Below, one piece after another: positions 10,309-23,446 of a stretch of DNA of 64,000 bases. Origin of the DNA: an uncultured candidatus Porisulfidus sp. (GTDB lineage Bacteria > Pseudomonadota > Gammaproteobacteria > Poriferisulfidales > Poriferisulfidaceae). The stretch covers positions 1,040,586 to 1,104,585 of the forward strand of contig OZ241993.1 in NCBI GenBank assembly GCA_965204575.1, written 5' to 3'. Below the pieces are notes generated by a model. The model was given only the letters and a program-made list of their open reading frames with translations, searched no databases and was not told the DNA's origin. The translations under genes were made by a program, and so were the position numbers. The number at the start of each line of letters is the position of its first letter. The stretch's first letter is position 1.

Positions 10309-11205
10309 TCAGTCGTCCTTGTCTTGCGGAGTGATGCCGGACTGCATCCGGGACATGGCGAGGTAGGTGATGTTGTCGCGCCGCGAGATGACGTCCCGGG
10401 ACTTGTCCTTTTCGATGCAGGCGTAAGCCGAGTGGTTGTGGATGGACTCGAAGTTCTCCGATTCCACCTTGTAGGCCCGGACCCGGTCGTCCTCGTTGAG
10501 CCGCAGGGCGAGGTCGCGGACCATGTCTTCCACGAATTTGGGGTTGTCGTAGGCACGCTCGGTGACGTACTTCTCGTCCGGGCGCTTGAGCAGCCCGTAC
10601 AGTTCGCAGGATGCCTCGCTCTCGGCCATCTCGATCAGGTCTTCGATCCAGACCGGCTTCGTCAGGGTCACGCTGAGCGTGATGCGGGAGCGTTGGTTGT
10701 GCGCGCCGTAGTCCGAGATGCTCTTGGAGCAGGGGCACAGGCTGGTGACCGGGATCGCGATGGAGGCGGTCAGGCGCGTGTCGCCGCGGTTGAAGCGCCC
10801 GCTCAGGCGGATCTGGTAGTCCAGGTAACTGCGCACGCCGGACACCGGGGCGGCCTTGTTTATGAAGAACGGGAAGGCCATTTCGATGAAGCCTTCCTCC
10901 GCGTCGAGCCGGATCGCCATGTCGCGCAGCAGCCCGTTGAAGTTTTCCAGCGAGACCGCTTTCTTGTGATCCTGCAGGACATGTACGAAGCGGGACATGT
11001 GCGTGCCCTTGACCTCCGGCGGCAGGTTGACCGTCATGGTCAGCCGTGCGACCGTGGATTGGGGCTTGCCGCTGCGGTCGACGAACTCGATCGGGTGCAG
11101 AATGTCCTTGATGCCGACCTGGTTGATCGGGATCGCCCGCGTGTCCGCCGAGCTTTGCTCGTCGTGTAGATGATCGCCGTGCTGGAGAGGATCGGAGTAA
11201 GCCAT
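10309..11205 (-). CDS. folE2: GTP cyclohydrolase FolE2 (type IB, MptA family)
   Basis: 298 aa with a conserved CPCSK metal-binding motif and a DUF198-like fold. Confidence 0.85.
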   Translation of the reverse strand: MAYSDPLQHGDHLHDEQSSADTRAIPINQVGIKDILHPIEFVDRSGKPQSTVARLTMTVNLPPEVKGTHMSRFVHVLQDHKKAVSLENFNGLLRDMAIRLDAEEGFIEMAFPFFINKAAPVSGVRSYLDYQIRLSGRFNRGDTRLTASIAIPVTSLCPCSKSISDYGAHNQRSRITLSVTLTKPVWIEDLIEMAESEASCELYGLLKRPDEKYVTERAYDNPKFVEDMVRDLALRLNEDDRVRAYKVESENFESIHNHSAYACIEKDKSRDVISRRDNITYLAMSRMQSGITPQDKDD

Positions 11206-11356
11206 CCGAATCTACGCTTCCTGTTTATCCGGTTAGCCCATATTACTCTGGAATAGGCGGTGGGGCAAATGACGGGATTCCCGACCCCCAAAGCCCTGCG
11301 GGCGGGATTCGGTGGGCGATAATAGGGGTTAACTTGGAATCTGATTCGTCGGTCTC

Positions 11357-14022
<2,666 letters not shown>

Positions 14023-14026
<4 letters not shown>

Positions 14027-15294
14027 GCCAGGAAGTCCGGGTCCCCGACATGGGGGATGTCGAGGAAGCGGAGGTGATCGAGGTCTTCGTACAGGCCGGG
14101 CAGTCGATTTCCGTAGACGAGCCGCTGATTACCCTGGAATCGGACAAGGCCGCGATGGACCTGCCGTCGCCATTCGACGGTGTGGTGGAGGCCGTACACG
14201 TCAAAGTCGGGGATATGTTGGCGGTGGATGCACTGGTCGTGACCCTGACCGACCGTCCGGATGACTCCGAACCGGAGCCGGAAGCACCCGAGGCCGAATC
14301 CGCACCGTCTTCGAAGCCGGTTGCCACGAAGCCAGCTGAACCCGTTGCCAGTCCGGCCCCGCCGCCGATTGCCCCGGAGCCTCGCCGCCTTGGCACCTTG
14401 CCCCACGCCGGGCCTGCCGTACGCCGTTTCGCGCGTGAACTCGGCGTGGATCTGGAGCAGGTCTCTGGCAGCGGCCGCAAAGGCCGGGTTACGCACGAGG
14501 ATGTCCAGCTCTACGTCAAGGCGATCCTGACGCGGCAACAAGAGCCGACGGCAGCCGTCCGTCCGTCCGGGCCGCCGGTGGACGCCGAACGATTCGGCCC
14601 GACCCGGACCGAGCCGCTGACCCGTATCCAACGGCGTTCTGGTGCCAACCTTCAGCGCAATTGGCAACTGGCCCCCCACGTGGCCCAGCACCACAAGGCG
14701 GACATCACGGAACTGGATAAACGGCGGAAGGAATTGCGCGGGCAGAAAGGGTTCGAGTCCCTGACGCTGACCGCCTGCGTGCTTCAGGCTTGCGCCCAGG
14801 TGCTGAAGCAGTTTCCCCGCGTCAATGCCTCGCTGAGCGAAGACGGGCGAGACCTGATCGTCCGCGAGTACGTTCACATCGGGTTCGCGGCGAACACCGA
14901 CGAGGGTTTGGTTGTCCCGGTGATTCGCGATGCCGACCAGAAATCGATTTCCGTCCTCTCTGGAGAGGTTGCGGCCTTGGCCGAACGCGCCCGGGACCAG
15001 CAGCTGACCGCCGAGGACATGCAGGGCGGCGGCTTCACCTTGTCCAACCTCGGCGGCATCGGGGGTGGGCATTTCACCCCTGTCATCAACCTGCCCCAGG
15101 TGGCGGTGCTGGGCATCTCGCGCGCGGTGCGCGAGCCCGCCTGTATTGAAGACAAGGTCGGGTCCCGGCTGATGATGCCGCTGTCGCTGTCCTACGACCA
15201 CCGCGTCATCGACGGCGTAGAAGGAGCCCGGTTCGTGATGGCTCTGGCCGCATTGCTGGAGAATCCCGACGAGTTGGACTGGGGAGAGGGGTAA
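14023..15294 (+). CDS. aceF: Dihydrolipoamide acetyltransferase E2 (single lipoyl domain)
   Basis: A lipoyl domain (ITLESDKAAMDLPSPFDGVV), a Pro/Ala-rich linker, a subunit-binding domain, and a catalytic domain with the DHRVIDG motif. The start overlaps the aceE stop. Confidence 0.93.
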
Positions 15295-15297
15295 TCC

Positions 15298-16707
15298 GTG
15301 AAGACGATTGACCTAGTGGTGATTGGCGGTGGCCCCGGTGGCTACAGCGCCGCGTTCCGCGCGGCGGACCTGGGCATGAAGGTGATGCTGGTGGAACGTT
15401 TCCCGCGGCTCGGTGGCGTATGCCTGAACGTCGGTTGCATCCCGTCCAAGACTTTGCTGCACGCGGCCGGCCTGATCGAGGATGCGGCCGAATGGCGGGA
15501 CCGGGGGGTGGTGTTCGACCCGCCGCGGATCGACCTGGATGCGTTGCGTGCCTGGAAGGAGAAGGGCGTATCGCAACTGGCCGACGGCCTCGGTGCGCTT
15601 GCCAAGCGGCGCGAGGTCGAGGTGGTGACTGGCCGAGGGAAGTTCATTTCCGCGCATACGTTGGCGGTCGAGACTGACGAAGGAACCGAAGAAGCCCGCT
15701 TTTCGCAAGCGATCATCGCCACGGGATCACGGCCGATCAAGCTTGGGTTGTTTCCAGATGATCCCCGGGTCTTGGACTCCACGTCCGCATTGGACTTGAC
15801 GGAGATCCCGGAGCGGCTGCTGGTGGTGGGGGGCGGTGTCCTGGGTCTGGAACTTGCCACGGTGTTCCGCGCCCTGGGGTCGCAGGTGACCGTGGTGGAA
15901 GCGCTGGAACAGATAATGGGCGAGGCCGACAAGGACGTGGTGCGGGCGTATCTCAAGCGCAACAAGGAACGGTTTGCTGCGCTGCATACGGGGACCCAGG
16001 TGGAGAAAGCCGAAGCAAAGGATGATGGTATTTCGGTACAACTCAAGAATGCGGACCGCCAGTGGGAAGAGTCGTTCAATGCGGTGCTGGTCGCGGTGGG
16101 ACGAGCGGCGAACAGCGAAGACTTGGGTCTGGAGAGCGCCGGGGTCGCGGTTGGGGAATCCGGCACGATTCCGGTCAACCACCAGCAGCGGACCAACATC
16201 CCCCACATCTTCGCCATCGGCGACGTGACGGGCGCGCCGATGCTGGCGCATCGGGCCTCCTACCAGGGCCGGTTGGCGGCGGAAGTCGCGGCCGGCATGA
16301 AATCCGCCTACGAGGCGAGGGTGGTTCCCTCGGTGGCCTACACCGACCCGGAAGTCGCCTGGGTGGGACTGACCGAACGCGAGGCCAAGGCTCAGGGCAT
16401 TGCTTATGAGCGCGGCATCTTCCCGTGGGCGGCAAGCGGACGGGCAGTCGGAACTTCGCGCGTCGAGGGCATGACCAAGCTGCTATTCGATTCGGAGACG
16501 AAACGCCTCATCGGGGCGGCCGTGGTGGGCGTGCATGCCGGGGAGTTGATCGCGGAGGCGGCCCTGGCGATCGAGACCGGTTGCGAAGCGGGAGACATTG
16601 CCGGGACGATCCATCCGCATCCGACATTCTCGGAGACTCTGGCCCAGGCCAGCGAGGTGGCCGAAGGGACGGTAACGGAGTTATTTCTGGGGCGTGGCAG
16701 GAATTGA
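15298..16707 (+). CDS. lpdA: Dihydrolipoyl dehydrogenase E3
   Basis: FAD-binding GGGPGGY motif, redox-active CLNVGCIPSK, and a C-terminal dimerisation domain. GTG start. Confidence 0.95.
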   Translation: MKTIDLVVIGGGPGGYSAAFRAADLGMKVMLVERFPRLGGVCLNVGCIPSKTLLHAAGLIEDAAEWRDRGVVFDPPRIDLDALRAWKEKGVSQLADGLGALAKRREVEVVTGRGKFISAHTLAVETDEGTEEARFSQAIIATGSRPIKLGLFPDDPRVLDSTSALDLTEIPERLLVVGGGVLGLELATVFRALGSQVTVVEALEQIMGEADKDVVRAYLKRNKERFAALHTGTQVEKAEAKDDGISVQLKNADRQWEESFNAVLVAVGRAANSEDLGLESAGVAVGESGTIPVNHQQRTNIPHIFAIGDVTGAPMLAHRASYQGRLAAEVAAGMKSAYEARVVPSVAYTDPEVAWVGLTEREAKAQGIAYERGIFPWAASGRAVGTSRVEGMTKLLFDSETKRLIGAAVVGVHAGELIAEAALAIETGCEAGDIAGTIHPHPTFSETLAQASEVAEGTVTELFLGRGRN

Positions 16708-16718
16708 GTCCATCATAA

Positions 16719-16756
16719 GTTGAGGCAAGGGAGGTGCCTCAACAGCCAAAATTTTA
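16719..16756 (+). terminator. Putative rho-independent terminator after lpdA
   Basis: Hairpin gttgaggca-agggagg-tgcctcaac followed by agccaaaatttt. Confidence 0.4.
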
Positions 16757-16817
16757 AGCTTGATTGTGTTCTCGGATTCTTGTGTAAAGGACGCTAGATG
16801 TAACGCGCAAGTCGTTT

Positions 16818-19721
16818 ATGAATAATCCAAAAGTTGAATCTTGCCCTACATATAAGCGAACCGGGTTTGCTTCATTCCTGTTTGCGGTCATTTGCCCAAA
16901 AGATGCCAAAGCCGCTCTTTTGAGCCCGAACGTCTTGAGGTTGGCGTTCACGGTACGACTCAAGGAAATCCCCATCGGGAAAATCGAAGCGAGTGAAGTA
17001 AAAACCTTGTGGCGATGGGGAAGCGTTCGGATTCGACATGCTTCCGGGAAAGCGGCTGTTTCGGGATTGTCGCGACACAATGCCGAGGAACTAGCAAAAA
17101 CACTAGAAGCTTCCAGAGTCGATTGGTGGCATAAGCTTTTCGCGACGCAGATCGAATCTCTGCGCTCCGTTCACGACCATTTGGCGCACTTCAGCAACCC
17201 GCCAAGGTATATCTCTCATGGTGCCGGCTGTAACCTTGAGCGCGATGCGGAGGCAGTGGCTGGCCGATTTGCTTCCCGGTGGCCGGATGCGTTGTCCAGC
17301 AGCCCGGAAATTAAGATGCTGAAAATGGTCCGGGAGTATTTGAAGGATCCTGATGGTTGCCGCATAAAGGCAAACAAAATCTATATTGCAAATCAACTGA
17401 ATGGTTCGCGCGAATTTTTCGATCAAGTGGAGGCGCGGCCGCTAACCGATGAACAACGTAGAGCGGTTGTCATCGACGAAAACCGCAATCTGGTTGTCGC
17501 TGCGGCAGGAAGTGGAAAGACCTCGGTGATTGTGGGCAAGGCCGGCTGGCTTGTCTGGAGGGACTATCGGCGCCCGTCTGAATTGTTGCTGCTGGCTTTT
17601 GCGAGAGATGCGCGGAAAGAGATGGAAGAGCGGATCCAAAAGCGGCTTGGCGATAAAACAGCGCAAAGTCTTACAGTTCGAACCTTTCATAGTTTGGGTA
17701 TGTCGATTATTGGTCAAGCAGAAGGCCAACTCCCAACGTTGGCCAAAGTGGCTGAAGACAGCAGGGCGTTGTCCGATCTGCTGAAATCCATCATTGATAA
17801 CTTGCTCACGGAACACGCATTCACAAAAATTTTGCTGAAATGGTTCCAAACTTACTTCGCACCCTACAAAAGCGAACATGAATGCCAAAGTATGGGCGAG
17901 TATTGGGACTATGTCCGCAAGCATGACATCCGGTCACTGAAAGGTGAGAAGGTCAAGAGTTACCAAGAATGCGAGATTGCGAATTTTCTCTACCTCAATG
18001 GTGTTTCCTACGAGTACGAAGCAATTTATGAACACAAGACCGCGACACTGGACAGGCGGCAATATCAACCCGATTTTTATCTCCCGGAAGCAGGAGTCTA
18101 CATTGAGCATTTCGGGCTCAATGCATCGGGAGATCCTGCTCCGTTCGTCGATAAGACAGAATACCTCCGGTCCATGAAGTGGAAGCGGCAATGTCACGAC
18201 AGATTCGGCACTATTCTCGTTGAGACATTCAGCCACGAGCATGATGCGGGGAAATTAACCGAGAACTTGGCTGAGAAATTAGCGGCTCACGGCGTGACCT
18301 TTTCTCCAATTCCTTCTGCAGACATCTTCTCTATTTTGAATGAACAGGGTCGGGTTGATCCGTTCACACATTTTGTGGCGACTTTTCTACAACACTACAA
18401 AGGGGCTCGATTGTCATTTCAGGAGGTAGCTCGACGGGCTACGGGTGTCAGGGACAGGCTGAGGGCAGAAGCGTTTCTAGCCGTTTTCAAGCCGATTTTC
18501 CAGCGCTACCAAGATACCCTTTCCCAGCAAGGACAGATAGATTTTCATGACATGATCAATCAAGCAACGGAGCATGTAGAGACGGGACGCTACCGTAGCC
18601 CTTTCGGCTATATCCTCGTCGATGAGTTTCAAGACATCTCCCCTGGGAGAGCTAGATTGCTGAAGGCATTGCTCGATCAGTCTCCGACGACCCAGTTGTT
18701 TGCCGTTGGCGATGACTGGCAATCAATATACCGGTTCGGTGGATCAGACATTGCCGTTATGCGCGAGTTCGAAGATCATTTCGGGCACAGTGAGCGTATT
18801 GATTTGGAAACAACTTTTCGCTGTGCCGATCGAATCTCTAAAGTTGCGACTGACTTCATTCTTCGCAATCCTGCACAGATACACAAGGAGACCCATTCAG
18901 TACTCCAAGCAGCCGGGACCAGTGTGTATATCGGCCTTCCTGAGAAAGAGCGCTCTCTGCTCAGAGAAACGCTTGATGAGATTGCCGCTGACGCGGCTCG
19001 TCATGACGGAGGATCGACTGTTCTGTTGTTGGGTCGCTACCGGCATATGCAGCCGGAAAATATGTCTGAGTTAGGCGGACAATACTCTGGGTTGCAACTC
19101 TCCTACATGACCGTGCATCGTTCAAAAGGACTGGAGGCCGACTATGTCGTGGTGCTCGGTCTGTGTTCCGGAAAATACGGGTTTCCGTCCGAGATCAGTG
19201 ATGACCCACTTCTCGACTTAGTTCTTGCTGAGCCGGAAAAGCACCCGAATGCTGAGGAGCGCCGCTTATTCTATGTCGCTGTCACACGTGCCAGACGACG
19301 TGTCTATCTGCTCGCAGATGATGGTCCGCCTTCTTCCTTTGTCCAAGAGTTGATTGATGGGGAATACGATGTTGCCGTTTTCGGACGAGCACCAGAAAAT
19401 GACGTTTCTTGCCCGAGGTGCACCGAGGGGCGCTTGGAACGACGCGAAAATGCTCGGAATGGAAAAATTTTTTACGGCTGCTCGAATTGGCCTTATTGCA
19501 AGTATCGACAGCCCGTTTGTCCCAAGTGCAAAACAGGGTTGTTGGTCAAAAAAGACACTGCTTTTCGCTGCGAGGACTGTGGCCAAGATGTAGAGGGCTG
19601 TCCCAGATGTGATGGCTGGCTGATAAAAAGAGTCAGCCAGTATGGCCCTTTCTTTGGCTGTTCGAATTGGCCTTTCTGTGATTACACCCGAAACATTAAG
19701 CAACGACAGTCACGGCACTAG
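16818..19721 (+). CDS. Helicase IV (HelD)-like SF1 UvrD-family helicase with an inserted nuclease-like domain and three C-terminal topoisomerase-type C4 zinc ribbons
   Basis: 967 aa. Walker A AAAGSGKTSVIVGKAGWL and the motifs LLLAFARDARKEMEERI, ILVDEFQDISPGRARLL, LFAVGDDWQSIYRFGG, DYVVVLGLCSGKYGFP and YVAVTRARRRVYLL align with E. coli HelD. An insert around YQECEIANFLYLNG...QPDFYLPEAGVYIEHFG looks like a PD-(D/E)xK-type domain. Three CxxC...GCSNWPxC modules close the C-terminus. Low-GC context. Confidence 0.8.
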   Translation: MNNPKVESCPTYKRTGFASFLFAVICPKDAKAALLSPNVLRLAFTVRLKEIPIGKIEASEVKTLWRWGSVRIRHASGKAAVSGLSRHNAEELAKTLEASRVDWWHKLFATQIESLRSVHDHLAHFSNPPRYISHGAGCNLERDAEAVAGRFASRWPDALSSSPEIKMLKMVREYLKDPDGCRIKANKIYIANQLNGSREFFDQVEARPLTDEQRRAVVIDENRNLVVAAAGSGKTSVIVGKAGWLVWRDYRRPSELLLLAFARDARKEMEERIQKRLGDKTAQSLTVRTFHSLGMSIIGQAEGQLPTLAKVAEDSRALSDLLKSIIDNLLTEHAFTKILLKWFQTYFAPYKSEHECQSMGEYWDYVRKHDIRSLKGEKVKSYQECEIANFLYLNGVSYEYEAIYEHKTATLDRRQYQPDFYLPEAGVYIEHFGLNASGDPAPFVDKTEYLRSMKWKRQCHDRFGTILVETFSHEHDAGKLTENLAEKLAAHGVTFSPIPSADIFSILNEQGRVDPFTHFVATFLQHYKGARLSFQEVARRATGVRDRLRAEAFLAVFKPIFQRYQDTLSQQGQIDFHDMINQATEHVETGRYRSPFGYILVDEFQDISPGRARLLKALLDQSPTTQLFAVGDDWQSIYRFGGSDIAVMREFEDHFGHSERIDLETTFRCADRISKVATDFILRNPAQIHKETHSVLQAAGTSVYIGLPEKERSLLRETLDEIAADAARHDGGSTVLLLGRYRHMQPENMSELGGQYSGLQLSYMTVHRSKGLEADYVVVLGLCSGKYGFPSEISDDPLLDLVLAEPEKHPNAEERRLFYVAVTRARRRVYLLADDGPPSSFVQELIDGEYDVAVFGRAPENDVSCPRCTEGRLERRENARNGKIFYGCSNWPYCKYRQPVCPKCKTGLLVKKDTAFRCEDCGQDVEGCPRCDGWLIKRVSQYGPFFGCSNWPFCDYTRNIKQRQSRH

Positions 19722-19732
19722 GCCGCCGCAGC

Positions 19733-20170
19733 TTAAAGGTTGTTCGATAGCGAAGACCACGGATTGACGAGCGCCACATCCATCCCTCTAAAATCTTTAG
19801 TGTTGCGCGTGACGAGAGTTAATCCGTGTCGCTTTGCTACAGCGGCAATCTGCGCGTCAGCCATTGGCTTTTGGCGGCCTGTGTTGTCTCCATCTCCCAT
19901 GATTCTTCCCCAGAGGATTGCGGCATCTTGGTCGAAAGGAAGAATTCGGTCTTGAAATTGAGAGACCAAGTCATCTTCAACCCAGCGCATGAGGAGGTCT
20001 CTTTTTGCTGGCTCTTTCACACGGCTTGCGCCTCGCGCCAACTCACCAAGACTGATTGAGGAGAGGAATAGGTTTTCGGGATTCTGTTCTGCAAACCAAG
20101 CTGTCACTTTAGGCTCAGGCCGAGGCTTGAGCGTTTCGCTGAGCACATTGGTGTCGATCAGGTAGGGCAT
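19733..20170 (-). CDS. vapC: VapC-family PIN-domain toxin
   Basis: MPYLIDTNVLSE... carries the PIN acidic residues (D6, E, D). 145 aa. Confidence 0.85.
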   Translation of the reverse strand: MPYLIDTNVLSETLKPRPEPKVTAWFAEQNPENLFLSSISLGELARGASRVKEPAKRDLLMRWVEDDLVSQFQDRILPFDQDAAILWGRIMGDGDNTGRQKPMADAQIAAVAKRHGLTLVTRNTKDFRGMDVALVNPWSSLSNNL

Positions 20171-20490
20171 TATTCGAGATCAATCTGGCGGCCTGTGGAA
20201 CGGTCACGCTCAATCACGATGTCTTCGCCCACAAATGGGGATGAGCGAAAGAAATCGACCAATTCCACACCAGTTCGTGCCGATCTTACGGGTGTCATAG
20301 ACGTGATGGCCTTACGTACTTTTTTGGCGTTTTTCCCTCCCTCCCGGAGGATGCTGGCAACAGCCTTGATGGCCCATGCGTCGCGCGTAGGTACGGTGAC
20401 TTCAATGCGTCGCGCCCCTTGGGCGGTTGCTTTGGCGCGATGTCGGGCGACCCGCACCTTCGATTTTGTACTTGTCGATCGCTTGGGCAT
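20170..20490 (-). CDS. vapB: VapB-type antitoxin (partner of the upstream PIN toxin)
   Basis: A 106-aa ORF whose stop overlaps the toxin start. Basic N-terminus, C-terminal toxin-binding-like tail. Confidence 0.6.
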   Translation of the reverse strand: MPKRSTSTKSKVRVARHRAKATAQGARRIEVTVPTRDAWAIKAVASILREGGKNAKKVRKAITSMTPVRSARTGVELVDFFRSSPFVGEDIVIERDRSTGRQIDLE

Positions 20491-20596
20491 GTATATAATC
20501 CGGTAACGTTACCGGATTATATACTATAATAACCTGGATGCGAATAGAACGCTGTCATCTCGGATTTTCATAAATGATAAATGAGGTTCATTCGAT

Positions 20597-20947
20597 ATGA
20601 ATATTCAAGACTACGTTGAAGAGGGAATCTTCTCTCCGAAATTGATTTCGGATGTGCTTTTCACGACCCAGTCCGATATTGCAAACACCTTGGGTCTCAC
20701 TCGGAGTGCTTTTTCCCACGCCGAGAGGCGACGGGCAGAGAAAACACAAACCCGATTGCAGGAAATGCTGGAGATTCTCGATCGCGTCGAGCAGTTCACT
20801 GGCTCACCGCTTGCATCTTACGCATGGTTTCGTTCGGAACCAATCACCGGGTTCGGGGGGCATACCGCCAGCAGGCTGGTACGCGAAGGACACGCTGATT
20901 ACGTGCATGAGTATCTTGACCGCAAACAGGCTGGCAGAGATGCCTGA
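20597..20947 (+). CDS. Xre/MbcA/ParS-family antitoxin (DUF2384 C-terminal domain), orphan
   Basis: The C-terminal SYAWFRSEPITGFGGHTASRLVREGHADYVHEYLDR matches the DUF2384 toxin-binding domain, and an N-terminal HTH is present. No RES-domain toxin ORF lies downstream. Confidence 0.7.
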   Translation: MNIQDYVEEGIFSPKLISDVLFTTQSDIANTLGLTRSAFSHAERRRAEKTQTRLQEMLEILDRVEQFTGSPLASYAWFRSEPITGFGGHTASRLVREGHADYVHEYLDRKQAGRDA

Positions 20948-21005
20948 TCAAGTTGTTTGCCCATACGCTATACTTTTCGCGCCTTTTTAGCTACGCAATT
21001 GTTCA

Positions 21006-21077
21006 GTGCCTGCCGTCACCCTTTCTGACGGCTCGACCCGCGAGTTTGCACAGCCGGTCACGGTGATGCAGAGGTTG
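21006..21077. repeat. Degenerate duplicate of the thrS 5' coding end (direct repeat partner of 29588-29659)
   Basis: gtgcctgccgtcaccctttctgacggctcgacccgcgagtttgcacagccggtcacggtgatgcag is about 85% identical to the thrS start, where it encodes (M)[21 protein letters not shown]. Confidence 0.8.
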
Positions 21078-21137
21078 GGAAGGCAATCTCGACAAATTCC
21101 GGCAAGGCCGCCCGGCGTGATCTAATTGATTGGGGGC

Positions 21138-22361
21138 CTATGCTGGGCATTCAAACGCTGTCGCATAGGCCGCGAGATCTGCCGCACTCATGTCGAGTTG
21201 TCGTGCGATTTCTTTCCAGCCGGCAACCGCAGTGGCAACTTCGTCGATGATGGCTTCGGCTCGGTGCGCGCTCAATGCGAAGTAGGGTGCAGCGGTGCGG
21301 GCGAGATCCAGATTAGCCTCTGGGCCTTCTTCCGAGATCCAGGTCGTCAATTCTCGCGCTTTCTCGGCCAGGGGCACCGGGTTCAGGTCATAGGCCGGTG
21401 AAAGACGCCATTGGTTGTCATGGTCGTACAGGAACCCGTGATTGCGGAGGTGGTCGTCCAGGTTGCCTGCCATCACATTGAATACGACCCGTCGCCACAG
21501 TTCGTGCAGGTCTTCCGTCGGGGCGCTTGAGTGCATCCTGATGGCTTCCGCGATATCCGTGTACGCCGCTTCGTCGCCATCCTCGAGCCCCAGGAGGGTC
21601 ATCGCCGAGATGAACGGGATCCGCCGCTCGCCATCCCGGTCGAATCGTGTCATCAGGGATACCGGTCGGCCCGCCACGTCCAACAGTGTGGCTTCTGCAG
21701 TGTTGATGCCGGCGGCGGCGGCCAATGTCATGGCCAGCACCTCGCCATGGGGAATACTTCGGTCGTCATCCTGTGTCGGAAACTTGGCGATGGCGAGGCG
21801 GCCGTCATCATCTATGACGGCGGATTTTGGCCGGGCGCCGCCGAGAGGGGAACCTTCGTTCAGAAGGATCTTCAGGTCTTCGGCAGTTTCGGTGCCTGAT
21901 CCTACGGCATCGGCAGCATTGATCAGTTCCGGCAGCCGAATCAAGGGAGGCACGCGGCGGGGGCGGGTGCCGGGTTCGAGACCTTCTTCGCCTTTTCGGC
22001 GGAACTGGAGTGCGCCGATTCTCGTTCGGTCGTCAATGGAGAGAAGGTAATCCACCTCGGACAAGGTGCGCTTTTCGCCGGTTTTGCGAAAAGCCCGCCT
22101 GGCCAGTTGCCGACCCCATCGGTCCGGTGCGGCATCGCGCAATGCACCGGGCAGTGCTGACTTGCTCGACGAGGTATAAAACGGTTGCTGTCCGAGCGGC
22201 AGGTTCGCGGGGTCGAGCGCAAAGGCCTGAGGACGATTGAGCCATTCATGGGCGTATTCGAAAACCGAGCTTGGGCCACGCCGCTTGGCAAGGTAATGGA
22301 ACCGTCCGACAAGACAGGCCACTCCATTGTCGTCGATGAAGACTTCAAGGGTGTCGGTCAT
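21138..22361 (-). CDS. hipA: HipA-family type II toxin (Ser/Thr kinase)
   Basis: 407 aa. An N-terminal HipA_N-like region and a C-terminal kinase core with the aspartate-containing motif (LDDHLRNHGFL). Paired with the HTH gene at 22358-22693. Confidence 0.8.
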   Translation of the reverse strand: MTDTLEVFIDDNGVACLVGRFHYLAKRRGPSSVFEYAHEWLNRPQAFALDPANLPLGQQPFYTSSSKSALPGALRDAAPDRWGRQLARRAFRKTGEKRTLSEVDYLLSIDDRTRIGALQFRRKGEEGLEPGTRPRRVPPLIRLPELINAADAVGSGTETAEDLKILLNEGSPLGGARPKSAVIDDDGRLAIAKFPTQDDDRSIPHGEVLAMTLAAAAGINTAEATLLDVAGRPVSLMTRFDRDGERRIPFISAMTLLGLEDGDEAAYTDIAEAIRMHSSAPTEDLHELWRRVVFNVMAGNLDDHLRNHGFLYDHDNQWRLSPAYDLNPVPLAEKARELTTWISEEGPEANLDLARTAAPYFALSAHRAEAIIDEVATAVAGWKEIARQLDMSAADLAAYATAFECPA

Positions 22362-22693
22362 GATGGTGCCCGGGTTTGCTTGCGGGGCCGTATTTTCTTG
22401 GGCAGCCGGTGTTCTTCAAGGTCCAGTCCGAGGGAATCGTCGCGTCGGTCAGCCACTTGGCCGAGACCTTCGGCAAGCCCGAGGATCGCCAACACGGTCG
22501 CATAGGCCCCCATCGAGACCGAAGGGTCGCCGCGCTCCACCTTGTGGAGGGTGGCACGGCTAATGAATGCCCGTTCCGCCATCGAGACCGTGGAGATGCG
22601 GCGCTTCTTCCGCGCCACCACGATGTCCTCGCCGAGCTTGGCGAGGGCACGCTTCGCCGCACCAGGCAGTGCACGTGTCGCTAAGGTCTTCAT
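22358..22693 (-). CDS. hipB: HipB-like XRE HTH antitoxin
   Basis: HTH ISTVSMAERAFISRATLHKVERGD. Overlaps the start of hipA. Confidence 0.75.
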   Translation of the reverse strand: MKTLATRALPGAAKRALAKLGEDIVVARKKRRISTVSMAERAFISRATLHKVERGDPSVSMGAYATVLAILGLAEGLGQVADRRDDSLGLDLEEHRLPKKIRPRKQTRAPS

Positions 22694-23405
22694 ATTGTCT
22701 TATATTATAATCAAAAAACAATTGAATGTTTATTTAATTATACAATATGATACATGCCTTCCTGTTGTGAAGTGCTTCAGGTTACGCCCATTGCGGGCAG
22801 CTTTCCAGAAGGATAGAGACTCTCCGCATGAAGAACGAGCCTGTCCTGCTTCATTCGGACCGGGGCTTTGACCCAATCAGGAGCACCCTGGCCTGAGGGT
22901 CCTGAAGTCGCCGTCGGGAGGTCTCGGCCTGCCTTTTGCCGATGGGAAAGGATCCGTATTCCGTGCCTTGGCTTGTTGATTCTTCGACAGATGGAATCTC
23001 TTCATAATCATTTCAAAAATAGTGAAATGATATATTGATAAATTGAATAATCCGTTGTATATCATTCATATAATAATTTCAAATATCCTAATTATTGTTT
23101 CATGCCAATCACCGACTCGGCCGTGAGTTTCACGGACTGCATGAGGGCAACGTGATACGCTACCGGTTGAGGCTTGAGGATCTTGCCGGGCTCGGAGAGG
23201 ATTCATGATGAAACGTCTACGGACTCTTGCGAAGAAGATTTTCGGCATCGTGGACATTCGACGCTTCGGAGAGTTTGCGAGAAGCGGCCGCGCCTGCTCA
23301 GGCCGTTAGCACTCCCGGTCGTTCGGGTCCGGATCAGTAAGAGACTGCCTTTTACTCAGACAACTCGCGGGTCGAGGGGCGATCGTGCAACTAAGGGATG
23401 AGACT

Positions 23406-23436
23406 GATGTGTATAATATCTGTAATTATACACATC
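23406..23436 (+). promoter_or_regulatory. Perfect 12-bp inverted repeat operator, with an embedded TATAAT, upstream of the vapBC module
   Basis: gatgtgtataat-atctgta-attatacacatc lies 10-40 nt upstream of the VapB start at 23447. Confidence 0.55.
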
Positions 23437-23446
23437 TGGAGTTGTC

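Noticed and set aside
22700-23400. An AT-rich 700-bp gap examined for a small RNA, an integrase remnant or CRISPR.
   Set aside because: Only short ORFs (62-63 aa) without motifs are present. It is most simply the divergent promoter/operator region between hipB (minus strand) and vapB (plus strand), and its palindromes are recorded as regulatory features.
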